This document shows positions 39,860-51,644 of a stretch of DNA of 64,000 nt, piece by piece. A model generated the notes under the pieces. It saw nothing but the letters and a program-made list of their open reading frames with translations. It was not told where the DNA came from and made no database searches. The translations under genes were made by a program, and so were the position numbers. Within the stretch, counting starts at the first letter, position 1, and each line of letters starts with the position of its first letter. The stretch comes from Gnetum montanum (taxonomy: Eukaryota > Plantae > Gnetophyta), in the NCBI GenBank assembly GCA_015680685.1, contig MNCI01000668.1:842853-906852 (forward strand), given 5' to 3'.

Positions 39860-40092
39860 TGAAATGGTCTTAAACTAATTATGGCCCAAAATGACCTTAA
39901 ACTATTAACGGCCCCTAAAATTGGCAATCCTGTTAACTCTTTTATGCTTATGATGGCACGACCTGAAATGACCTTAAGCTATTAATGGCCCGTAGTGGCC
40001 TAAAACTGGCAATCCTATTCACTCTTTTATGCTTAGGATGGCTCAGTCGGAAATGGCCTTAAACTATTAATGGCTTGTAGTGGCTTAAAACA
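39860..40092 (+). repeat. Degenerate tandem repeats (AAATGRCCTTAAACTATTAATGGCC / TAAAACTGGCAATCCT..ACTCTTTTATGCTTA)
   Basis: About 4 short units and 2 longer (~84-bp) units are visible. Confidence 0.75.
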
Positions 40093-40119
40093 CATAACCT
40101 TTCTGACGATACATTTCCT

Positions 40120-40184
40120 TTCACAAACACAAAAAAGAAAATTTATTTTACAATCACATTGATCCAAGAACGCTACTCTTTATT
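40120..40184 (-). terminator. Putative poly(A) region of the antisense gene
   Basis: Minus-strand AATAAA at 40184-40179 and 40147-40142, followed by TTTCTTTTTTGTGTTTGTG. Confidence 0.55.
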
Positions 40185-40225
40185 CCTTTTCATTATGAAA
40201 AGATGTTTGGGCTAATATCGCCATG

Positions 40226-43200
40226 CTACACATCCCCTTTACTACCATTTCCATCTACGTTTTTTAACCCCACCTCCGCCTAATGGTCATCTTCGTAAGG
40301 ACCTTATTTGCACGATGTTTCTTCATGCAGACGATCCTCTTCATGGGACTCCTCCTCCTCATGGGGGCCTTCTTCATGGGGGCCATCATCTCCATCACAC
40401 TCCTCTTCAAGAGAAGCCTCCTTGTGTCGATCCTACGATTTGACATGAAATAAATGTTAGCATCACCACCAAAACTATGTAACAAAAGTACAACACTTGT
40501 ACAACTTACCTGTGATGATCATGCATCAGCTGCAAAAGGAATTTGTTCCAAGCTGACCCACAGGCGTTGCATGATCTCGTCCTCGGTGAGCTCAGACCAA
40601 ACACCATCTCCTAGATCAGTTCTAGCCTTAACCTTTCAATTTTACATAGGAGTCCATTGGGGTGGTTTAGGAAAGAAGGAAGGGATAGTGGTCTCCCTAC
40701 CAGGGAGAGTCATTTCTCTCTCAAGGAAGGCACTTATTGTTAGTTGCTCTTGGAAATTTTCATATGCTCTAGAGGCATCGATGACAATAAGGAACAACCA
40801 TAGGGACCGTGCTTCAATAGCAGAATCCCTGTAATGTTGGTGGTAGGTAAAAATTTCTCACTTATACACGTTCTTGTGGTCCTTCTGTGCCTACCCCCAT
40901 GCTTGGACCCTCGCGTTGAAATCCTTCCAGTCTTGGCTCTTTTGGGCTAGGAGATACATTTGCATCCATTGCTCAATGAGCTCATGGCTGGCTTGGACAC
41001 TATTTCTGACGACCGTACAATAATGGATGTAGTCAATCACAGCTATCCTCCAATTCTCATCATTGGTCTCCCAAGCTTGCAAAAATTCGTTTCAGGACTC
41101 CAGGTCCTCAACCCTATCAGTTAGGGCTATTTCCTCCTTTTCTATTTTCTCCAACCTCCTCCAAAGATATTCGTTGACGTTCTAACACTCCCATAAAGAG
41201 TGGGCCAAGCGTAATGCACATTTGTGCATCTCATCATAAAGACTGCATGGCACTACGATCACCTCTAGTGAGGGTTCAGGGATAGTGTCTAGGTCAACGG
41301 GCTCTTTGGGGTTCCATCTGAGGTGAGACCCTGTAACAGAAAAATAATAGTTAGATGCAACAAAATAACGCAATGTCACAATGCCAACAATCCCTACACA
41401 ATAATAGTGATGTACCAATCTTGGGATCGATTTGCTCTAGGAGACTGATCATATCCTTCATGATGCCCTCCATGAAGGCAAATTTATCAGGAGTCTCACC
41501 CCAATGCTAAGTTGGGATTACTAACAAAGGTATGTCACTATTACCAGAAGTGCCTACTACACGAAAAAAATGAGTTAGACATAGCATGGTAGACATAAAG
41601 GAAATTGAGATGTTATGATAACACAAAGATCAATTCAACAAAACCCTCAGGGGTAGTAGCGGGAGGTTTTCCCTTAAGATAAAAGTCAAACTCACCAGTG
41701 AAAAACCGCTTCTCCTTTCCCGGCTCATCCGAAAGAATCTCAATTTTCTCTATGCCCTTCTCTCCTTTGGGCATAAGAACCTATGTGCTACCTACATTAC
41801 TAACAGGGGTCTCCTTTTCCAAAACTGCAGCCCCTTCTTTACACCGTAAAACTATGGCCCCTATTGCAGGGGTTAACTCCTCTACATCTTTTCCTTTGTC
41901 TATCAAACAACACAGTTAGCCAAAACAAAACTTTATTCACTTTTTACAAGCGCTACATGATGCAACGACGTCTATACGTAGCATAATACATCTTCTACTT
42001 ACCAGCTGGAGGATCGTTCCTATGAAATTTAAGTCACAGTTTCCTTCCCTCTTCTCCAGTTGGGCCGGAAGACTCCATAGTCTGACGATGTTTTTTCCGT
42101 TGAACTGACGAATCCACTATTTCTGCTACAAGGCATTTCTCCCTCGACACACTGCCAGTGTAAGAAGGAGGTGCCCCACCCATGCTATATTGGCCTCGCA
42201 CATGAGGTGCCACCAGATCCTTAGTCATTAGTGAAAATGACACTCTGATACCTTCAGGAGGATCTTGGGATCAAACAGTGCAGAAGACCTGGGAAATCCA
42301 TGGTTTGGAAATCTAGTTACAGTATTGCTGCACCTAGACTCCATCCTTGAGAACCACTAGGAATTTGACAAAACGCTGAAAGCAAGCTATGAAAAAGGAA
42401 AAATGCACGTTGAAACGAGACTTAAGGTTCTTGCAAAGTTTGACCATTTCAGCCTACAAGCCTTCAGCAAGGTAACTGGCCCAATTATACCATGTCCCCT
42501 CCTCCATAATCTTCCACATGATCCAAGCCTACTCTATGGTAAGGATTCTTCCTTGGGAGAGCAGCTTGGGGAAGGCACAAGCTCGAAAGAGAGGATAAAT
42601 AATATTAGCCACCTCTAGCTTGATCTTGTCGATGAGAATGCCTTTTGGTTCCTTTTTAACCCCTGGCCACTCCTCTATGTCCTTCTAATACTTAGAACCC
42701 CTCTTTAAGCTTTCTTCTACTAGAAGAAAATCAGAAGAAATGCCAAAAAAGTTAGCGAATAGTTGAGCATTAATATCAAAACTCACACCCACGTTACGCA
42801 TGCCCATGTGAAGAGGCTTAGCTTCTTTGCTGAAGGAGTTGACTAGGGTTACCATTTTCGCTGCAGTGACATCGGGAGTTACAACCAAAAATAGCTCTAT
42901 TAGTCCAGCTTCCTCAAGGTTATTGGTTATGGCGACTGGGGCCACTCCGTTGCAGAGCCAACGTTGCACTTTTTTTATGTCAGCATAATGGAAGAAGAGA
43001 CTACTTACCTTACGCCTAGAAGCTATCACTGTGACCTCCCGTAATTCCCTGACTGTTAACATAAAATAATGGATTAGACAACACAGCGAAATAATACAAT
43101 TTCATACACTGTTCCCATCTTGTAAGATTATACAGTTGACAATCATAGCATAATTTACCTCGTCCAAAAGGTGAAGGAAACAACAGAATTTTCTGCTACA

Positions 43201-44643
43201 CGTCCTCAACAGTGATAGGACGATCCAAAGTCCACTCCTTGTCTAGCCATCTAGAGCATTTACACTTGGCAAAGAATTTGACATAGTAGATAGGATAGTG
43301 TGGGATTTCAAATCCTAGTTGTCCTAGGACACCAGCACGCATGTTGCTGATGGAAGTGAATTCCTTTATGGCTATCTCGGCCATAGATAACATGTCCATA
43401 TCACCTTGAAGACCATTTGCATCGATGAAAAACCTACATCACAGAATGTAGACAATTGTTTATACTTGACACAAAATAAAACAATAGTTAGCATATCATG
43501 ACACCGTGAATACACTTACTGGCCAGCATAATACATGATGCCAGGTGGATTCTAGAAATAGGTCGTGAGATGATGAGCCACGAACAGCATGTTGTAGGCA
43601 TGATAACAATCAAACCTAGGCATCTCCCAAATCCAAGATAAATGCCTCAAACACCTAGTGCTCTATTCATGGTCTTGCCCCCTCGGTCTTGATTGAGCCA
43701 TCCACCAGAAACGTTAAGATGCTTTGCATTGACCCAACCAGTAGCATCTCCAAAATGGCGGCGGTAGTCTCGGCTAGTAGATGCAACCAGATAATTACGC
43801 TGAAATTATGCAGCAAAAATTGCAAAAACTCCTGTGTAGCTTTATGGAATCAAACCGCCTCCTCCCCTACATGAGCATGAGGAGGAGGAACATTGGCTGT
43901 AGGGACATGTAAATAACACAAAACGTCCACAATGTCCAAGACAATCAGGATGGGCTTTAGCGTAATCCTTTACAATGAAGCACACTAACATTAGGAAAAA
44001 TAATTTAGACATACTAACAACGTCAGAGCCACCAAATCAAATAAAAAAAGGCTCATAAAAATCCATTACGCAACACTAGGGTTCTCATTATCTTGACTCC
44101 CAGAAAATTACATGTTACACTAGAGATGCACTACGAAAACCGCCCAAACCCTCGCAACAGTGCAAGGTCTGTCTCTGACAACAACGATAAAGGTAACATC
44201 GCATGTTACTCCAGCGTAACATGCAACCATCATGGGCAAGACAACGAAACCCTATCTACATTACACAAGGGTACAATACCTAGACTCCTAATCAGTTATG
44301 CATTGTGTTTGCATAATATTACCCAAGATCACCCAAACCCTTGCGATGGTGCAAGGTATGTCTCTGACAATGGTGATAGGGGTAAATATTACAAACCACA
44401 ATAGCTTAGCTTGCACAGGTAGGTATCAACATCCAACACAATGCACATCTTTGAAACAAATACAATTACAACATCATGACAATGAAAACAACAATTGTGC
44501 AGGAAAGGTAAAAAAATGATTTACCGGGTGAGTGAAGTAGCCTCCTGAGTTTCGACCTGGGCCTTTGAAATCCACTCCAAACTCTCCTACACTTCATCGA
44601 TCTTTGCCAATTTGGCATGTTTGCCTTTGGTCTTCAGTGCCAT
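40226..44643 (-). pseudogene. Antisense multi-exon accessory gene of C (~1,050 codons; plant-transposon/env-like domain, coiled coil, acidic tail)
   Basis: Exons: 44643-44525, (44363-44323?), 43896-43520, 43433-43159, 43052-42003, 41899-41696, 41553-41416, 41330-40510, 40432-40226. Introns are GT-AG with CTAAC/CTAAT branch sites. The last five junctions preserve frame. Confidence 0.85.
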
Positions 44644-45196
44644 GGTTATGCCTGAACTATCTTTGCAAAATTGTTTACTTAAGCTTTCTTTCTGCTTTAA
44701 CCTAGCTCAACCTCGCGATGTTTACAGTATTACTCTCAGGATGAACCATCTGCTTATAAGTGTGATGGTGAAAACTTGTTATTTTTTGTATCCGATCAAT
44801 GCAAACTTTCTTGAAAGGCAAGCATGTCAGTTTGACATGAAGAGTGAAGATCGCAACATTAATATCGTAGATGTTGCATTGATTGCCATCCAAAAAGACC
44901 CTAAACTAACTCATAGCTTATCGTCTCGTAATCCGGTCGCATTAATTACAATCTGCACAAAATTCTAAATTAGCTGTATTGACATGCTAGACATGCCATG
45001 GTATACCTTTCATCATAGTTCGCAAAAACCTTACGCTAATACCTAGGAAACTTGGCTTACTATTTTCTTGCAAACTGTGTATATTGTAATGGTCCACTAA
45101 GACCTTAAATTGGAATCCTATTAGCACATACCTCTAAAACCTTCTATCATTACATCATGGTGACAAAAAAAATGTAACAACTTTCGTTCTTGCCAG

Positions 45197-48100
45197 TTTT
45201 ATAGGTCAAATTCACAAATGGACGAAGCTTTACTCGCACCCCTAGCCATAACTGGCCCATAGGGGGAAATTGTTAGGCAGCCTGATCTTACAATGATAGG
45301 AACTGACACTTTCTCCTGTGACATAACAATAGCAGCCTCGAAAACATCCCTAGACTGGCGAAAACATTTGGCTAGAACCTTAGACCTGGAAGCTGGTGAT
45401 GTGATCGAGGATCCCCTTACCGAGATCCCTATTGTTATGTACAAAGAAGAAAGTAAAACTCTAAAAGTTAGTTCTTTCCTTGACCAAAAAATGCAAAGCG
45501 CCATATCTCAAGTGCTCCAAAATAACATTGCCGTATTCACATGGTCGTACGAAGACATGCCAGGTTTAGACCTGAGACTAATACAGTACAACATAGTTTT
45601 AGACCCGCGTATCAAATTAGTTAAATAGAAGGCATGAAAGATTAAGCCCGAAATCACATTGGCAATGCGTGATGAAGTCACTAAGCTATATCAGGCTAGT
45701 TTCATCTACGCAGTCGATTATTCAGATTGGCTGTCTAACATCATCGTTGTTTCTAAGAAAATAGGAGAAATACGCATCTGTATAGACTTTCGCGATCTGA
45801 ACAAAACAATAATTAAAGACAACTTCCCATTACCAAGCATCGACGAGCTTATCAATACAATAGCTAGACACATCTTGCTATCCTTTATGGATGGGTTTTC
45901 GAGCTATAATCAAATCTGTATTAACCTAGAACATCAACTGACTACAACTTTCATGACTCCCTGGGGAAATTTCTGCTACACCAAGATGCCTTTCAGGTTA
46001 AAAAATGTTGGAGCAACTTATCAACATGCCATGACATATATCTTTAGCGATTACATCTTAGAGAGATTGAATGACTACATAGATGACATAGCTGTCAAAT
46101 CTAAGAAGTCGAAAGTGTAATGACGAAAAACGTCGATCGTTAAAAATACCAAGTGGGAATTCATGTACATAGTTCAAACCTCGGATCGCTGGAAATACTG
46201 AGTGGGAGACCATCACCCAGAAGACCTAAAGTTAATCCTTAAATGATGTCTTAGGCATGACCTATGGCTCAACCCAAGAAAATGAATGTTCAGAGTCAAA
46301 ACCAAATGCATGTTGGGGTTTGTGGTATCAGAGACTGGCATACGAGTCGACCCCGAAAAGGTTAAGGCCATCATTAGCCTAACACCACCTACAAACCTCA
46401 AATAACTACGCAGGTTGCAGTGTAGGTTACAATTTATTAGGAGGTTCATCTCGAAGTTAATGGATAAATTACATCCTATGCAACATTTTCTCAAGAAGGG
46501 GGTTAACTTCAAATGGACCTAGGACTGCCAGCGTGCGTTCGACAACATGAAGAAAGAGCTGCTACACTTGCCAATGGTTTTCCCACCACAAAGGGATCAA
46601 GCTTTCTACATCTACTTGGCAAGCTCGGATGTGTCTATAGCTGCGTTGTTGTGTCAAACGAGGGATGACGGGTCGGAAATCCCTATCTATTATCTAAGTC
46701 ATGCTCTATTTGCATATGAAACAAGGTATAATGAAGTAGAGCATAACTGTTTGACATTGGTTTTTGCACTCAACAAATGTAGACACTATCTTTCCGCAGC
46801 TAAGTTAACATAATTTGCAAGAACAACATTCTGCGGGCCATCACAAACAATTTATACGAGAGTAGTAGGATAGCTCACTGGAAAGCCATCATAGCGGAAT
46901 TTGACTTACACTACATTGGCCAATCTTTCGCAAAAGGCCAAGCAATAGCCAATCAACTTGTAACATCACCTGTTGATGATCAAGCTACGATAGAACCAGA
47001 GTTTCCTAATGAACACGTACATAGTTTAAGCCCTACAGCAACAGGCCTCGAAGTGACATTATACTTTGATCGAGCCTCAACTACCAGAGGTGGTAGTGCT
47101 ACCACTTTCATTACACTCTCCCCTGAGGATGTTTGCCCATTGGCTTACCACCTGGTGTTTCCTTGTACAAACAATGTGACAGAGTACGAGGGGCTCCTCA
47201 GGGGACTGTTAACAGCCAAGGAACTCAATGTTCAACACCTAGCAATCTAAGGCGATTCGATGCTCATTGTCAATCAAATCACAGGAGTCTACACCTGCAA
47301 AGCTGTGCATCTACAGTCCTATTACGATATGGCTAAAGATCTCCTGAAACGATTCACAACGACTGACATCCGACACGTGCCATGTAGTGCGAACACTGTA
47401 GCTGACGCATTAGCTACGTTCGCTTTAAACATGCCACCACATCTATTTGCCACCTTGCCCACATTAATGATGGAATATATAGACCCCGTCATTCAAGCAG
47501 TGTAAATCTCTTCCTTAAGTGTGGAAGGGATGCCAGAATGGTACGATAACATTATAGCCTACCTTCTACATGGCGAACCACCGCACGAGTTGACATTTGC
47601 ACAAAAGGATGCAATCCGTAAGCATGCCAGGCAATACATCATCATCGGAGATAGTACTCTATGTAGACGCTCTTTTGATGGGGTATTGTTAACCTACGTA
47701 AACAATGACCAAGCACAAAAGATAGTTAGCAAAACCCACGAGGGACTATGTGGATGACATATAGCCCCACGAGTCATGGCCGCTAAAATCAGATGCTTAG
47801 GGTATTACTAGTCTTACATGGAACGAGACTACCTTGCTAAGGTTAAGACATGCGATACATGTTAGTGTTACACGAATCTAATACACGTGTCACCAACTGA
47901 GTTTCATACTACACAGATCACTTGGCCATTCCAATGATGGGGACTAGACATCATAAGCCCCATCATGCCTAAGTCTTTCGCAGGACATAGCTTCATTATC
48001 ACCGTCACTAAGTATTTCACAAAGTGGATCAAGGGTATTCCCCTATGAAATACTACATCTCAACAAGTTTTCCATTTTATCTTGGATAACATAGTAACTA

Positions 48101-48780
48101 GATTTGGGCTTCCTATGACTATTGTGACTGGAAATGGGCCACAATTTAGTAGTACCGAAACCAAATCTTTCTGCAATAACCTTGGTATCAAGCAATCTTT
48201 TTCCTCACCTTATTTCCTGCAAGAAAATGGTCAAGTAGAGGTGACAAAAAAGGTGATCATCAATTTATTGAAAAAGATGCTCAACAAAAACAAGAAACGA
48301 TGGCATGAGAAAATCCTCTATGTGCTATGGGCCTATCATATAACTTGCAGAACAACCATCAGTAGGACACCCTACAGCCTAGTCTATGGATCTGAAGCAG
48401 TGTTGCCCCTTGAACTACAGGTTCCCTTACTATAGATGGTCCTCTCCACGGTTATAAATGAGACTCAGCACAACGAGTCTAGGATCATGGATCTAGACTC
48501 AGTAGAGGAGAAACACATCTAGACGCTTGACAACATTGAAAGATATTAGGACAAACAAAAATAGAAGCATCATCACAACCTACATCAGCGACTGATCAAG
48601 AAAGGAGACTTGGTACTCAAGGCCATTCATGAACCAATGAGAAAATTCTCTACAAGCTTGGAAGGCCCTTTTCTAGTCGTCAACACATACAACAACAGAG
48701 CATTCATGCTAGCAGAAATTGACGATAATGAACTTCCAAATTCGATGAATCATATGTATCTGAAGCGGTACTGCATCTAG
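45197..48780 (+). pseudogene. pol: RT-RNase H-archaeal-type RNase H-integrase of C
   Basis: RT VFTWSYEDMPGLD, ICIDFRDLNK, FMDGFSSYNQI, YIDDI. RH IYLASSDVSIAALL. aRH LYFDRAS...CTNNVTEYEGLLRGL...N..ADALA. INT HEGLCG, WPFQ*WGLDI, ENGQVEVTKK, EGPFLV, YLKRYCI*. Confidence 0.96.
46116..46208 (-). repeat. Inverted fragment of a C-family LTR 3' end inserted in RT
   Basis: TGTAATGACGAAAAACGTCGATCGTTAAAAATACCAAGTGGGAATTCATGTACATAGTTCAAACC is the diverged reverse complement of 51527-51591. RT resumes KSK-D-HHPEDL after 93 bp. Confidence 0.8.
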
Positions 48781-48809
48781 ACGTTGGCATGGCTCATATG
48801 CAAGGTAAT

Positions 48810-49172
48810 AATCATCCGCTATGATGTAAAACTAGTAATGTTGTACACATCTACTATGACATAAAAATGGCATTTCCTGCACGCGTCTGCCATGACGCTA
48901 AACTGGCAAGGTTTCCGACCGTTCGCCATGATGTAAAACTGGAAAGGTAAGCATCCATCTGCTGAGATGCTAAACTAGCACAGACTTGTCCCTGGGTCAG
49001 GACATGAAACTAAAACCCACAACATGGTCTTCTAGGACCATAAACTAGCTCTTCCACCATCCTCTACAATGCAAAACTAGCACACTTTAGTCTTCCCAGA
49101 TTTAAATCAGGACCATGGTCTGCTGGGACTTAAAACCAGCAATGACGGTCTGTTAGGACTTAAAATTGGAAT
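48810..49172 (+). repeat. 3'-UTR degenerate tandem array (..GCYATGAYGTAAAACTGGCA..)
   Basis: About 10 spaced copies of (T/A)AAACT(A/G)GC-type motifs downstream of the INT stop. Confidence 0.7.
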
Positions 49173-49408
49173 CTGCCAACAGACCATCCATGCAACAAGT
49201 GAGCCTAATAATTCTTGCATGGCATCCCTATCAGAAAAAATGGGTAGGGCATTGGAACAAAAGCAACGCCACTACCCCCGGCATTCTACTGATTCCTCCG
49301 ATATGCTGAAAGGAATACTACTAACCCCTCAGAGATGCTGCTACAATGACCACTCAGCAATTGTAGCTCCCAGGGTCAACATTACCACTCAAGGCTCCAA
49401 GGAAACTA

Positions 49409-51591
49409 TGGTCACCCATAGCCTTGGTTGCCTCTGGCTGTTGTCACCACTAGAGTCTGGCCTTGCAGATTCATCTAACTAGTTCTTTGCCTAGTCAGAT
49501 GGATAAGATGAGTCTAGCTTTTGATGACAATTTCCTAAGCCATGGTGTTAGCAAATGGACTAGTGCCTCTTGCTACGGTTCCTTCTCCTTGGCCTGAGCT
49601 CTCCTTTTCGCTCCGGATGACACTTGTTTCAATAGCCTCTCCCGTGATTAGGGTGATTGCTTTGTTCTCTGTTCTTTGTTATGGTTTACAGGTTACTTGC
49701 TACGATAGCGTTTTTCAATGGTGCATTCACTAGGAGGGCAAGGCATCACAACATTCTAAGGTGGCTACTTAGACTAGCTTGACTACTTGGGAGTGCAGAC
49801 CCTGACTTTCCCTCCACCAGACACCTTATCTTACTTTCTCCTTCCCTTATCCTTACAACAGCCCTTACACTCTTCTCCTATTTGTATAAAATGTGAGCGT
49901 ACAAGAAGTCTTTCGCATATGAATAACCATGATGTCCATGAACTGGCATAACGCAACTTACCTCATGGAAAGCATTTATAATTTAAAAAAAAATAGGTAA
50001 AGCTAGGAAAAATGGATGAAACACAACTCGTCCAGGCCATGTGGGCATAACGCAACTCACCCAGGAAAGCCCTGCATATACAGTACAATAGTAGCATAAC
50101 CTCTCAGGAAAACACCCATGAGATGTTGTCTAGCAACATGTTTGCGAAGCATTCTACGCATGCTTGAGTCTTCCTTGAACATCCCTCCCTCACAAATGTA
50201 AGATTCCTCCTATGCTCCTTCCGCTCCTAACCTTCGCACTTCCAGGTTTGACAGAGCGGCATCTGAGCAGCAGCTCATGAATGATGTTGGCATCTTTACC
50301 TCTGCAGTGTTTCATATTCTTTGTCGATGTCTCTTGGGTGAGCCCTCCAGACATCAACAAAGAGGGGCCATTGAAACACCATAAAATTCAAGACCTTGAT
50401 GATTTAGCAAAGTCTTGGTGCTTAGGCAAAAGATTTCCACAAGTGGTGCAGCTCAGCAAGTTCCCTTTTCGGCTAAGGGCCTGTTATGCTACGTAGAACA
50501 ACATAATAGACTCCAGAAGACAAAACAAAACAAGGGGTACACAGTGGAAATGCTTCAAGTTTGAAAATTAGCTATGTTTCAAAAATCTTAACTTTTGGCA
50601 TATTACGCTGCATTACACAATGCAACGTAATGTAGTGTAACGCAAGCAAATAGTCGATTTAGTCGCAATGACAGAGATAGTAAAATTCAAGCATTAGCAG
50701 TTCTTACACCATGATACACTCCCTAGCATATTGTAGTGTAATCGTAGCATAGTTTGTTACCAAAGCCCTGAAAATCCTGCAACACTAAAGACAAGGGTAG
50801 ATTACGCCATACTATGCTTCAGAGTGTAGCACAACATAACACTACAAACTTCAGCAATGACACATCAAGTCAACGGTATTTTGTGGGCCTAGGACATGCG
50901 TCATCTAAACCACGTTGTTCTCCTAACCCTAATCTTATAAATACCCCAGTTGATAATGATTAAAGGGTTGGCAATTCTCTGGGTGGGCAGCTGTTGGCAA
51001 TTGTTGGCAATTTTGGAAAAGAATTGGTGAGAGAACAAAAGAGAATCGACAATTGAAAGAACATAGACGGTGGCGGAGAGAAGCCTTTGGTCAAATATTT
51101 GAAGTCAGTAGACATTTTGCTTTGAGTCGGACTCCCTTGTTCCCAGATTGGTTAGAACAAGGTAGATTTGGCCTTTGCTTATTTCATCTCTGAATAGCTG
51201 CTTATTCTTGGCATGTGTTTCATCTAAACCAAAGATCGCTTGAAATCATTGTATTCAACTTATTTACTTATAAATTAAATCTCAGATCTCAGGATTGCAC
51301 ATCCTCCAAATTCAATTTATTGCATCTTATTTACATTAATTGCACAATTATTTTGCATCATTTACATTGTCATCACTGCTTTCAAGATTCGATCTTAGAA
51401 TAGATCTTGTTTTTCTCATCAACCAGTATCATATTTTACTGATTAAGTAAGTCCCTGCTTGATCGACAAGACTATTCAGGGCACCTCAGATTCATTTTCT
51501 TTAGCATGGCCCTTGCACGAATCTGGGGTTGGAACTGTGTACACAAAATTTCGTTCGATATTTCCAACGCCCGACGTTTTCCATCGTTACA
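49409..51591 (+). repeat. 3' terminal repeat of C (core LTR probably 50372-51591)
   Basis: Ends CATCGTTACA. PPT-like AAAGAGGGG at ~50359-50367. Confidence 0.9.
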
Positions 51592-51644
51592 CTAAACACA
51601 TTGACTGGTGGGTCATATTGGACACATATGCATTTACCCACTAG

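Larger units (their letters stand above)
33524..51591 (+). mobile_element. Element C: Tat/Ogre-type Ty3/gypsy, ~18 kb
   Basis: Terminal direct repeats 33539-35733 and 49409-51591. Flanking CTAAA(CA) at 33519 and 51592. Order gag-PR-[5.4 kb]-RT-RH-aRH-INT. Gag has CDYHQLCGHDIDYC. Confidence 0.92.

Noticed and set aside
40226-44643. Functional host gene
   Set aside because: It has many in-frame stops and lies inside three nested retrotransposons, so it must have arrived with or after C.
40454-44968. Plus-strand ORFs in the PR-RT interval (e.g. 40454-40834, 44612-44968)
   Set aside because: No recognisable motifs; most are antisense shadows of the minus-strand exons.
48810-49172. Spaced repeats superficially like a CRISPR array
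   Set aside because: Degenerate units with irregular spacing and no cas genes; typical Tat 3'-UTR repeats in eukaryotic DNA.
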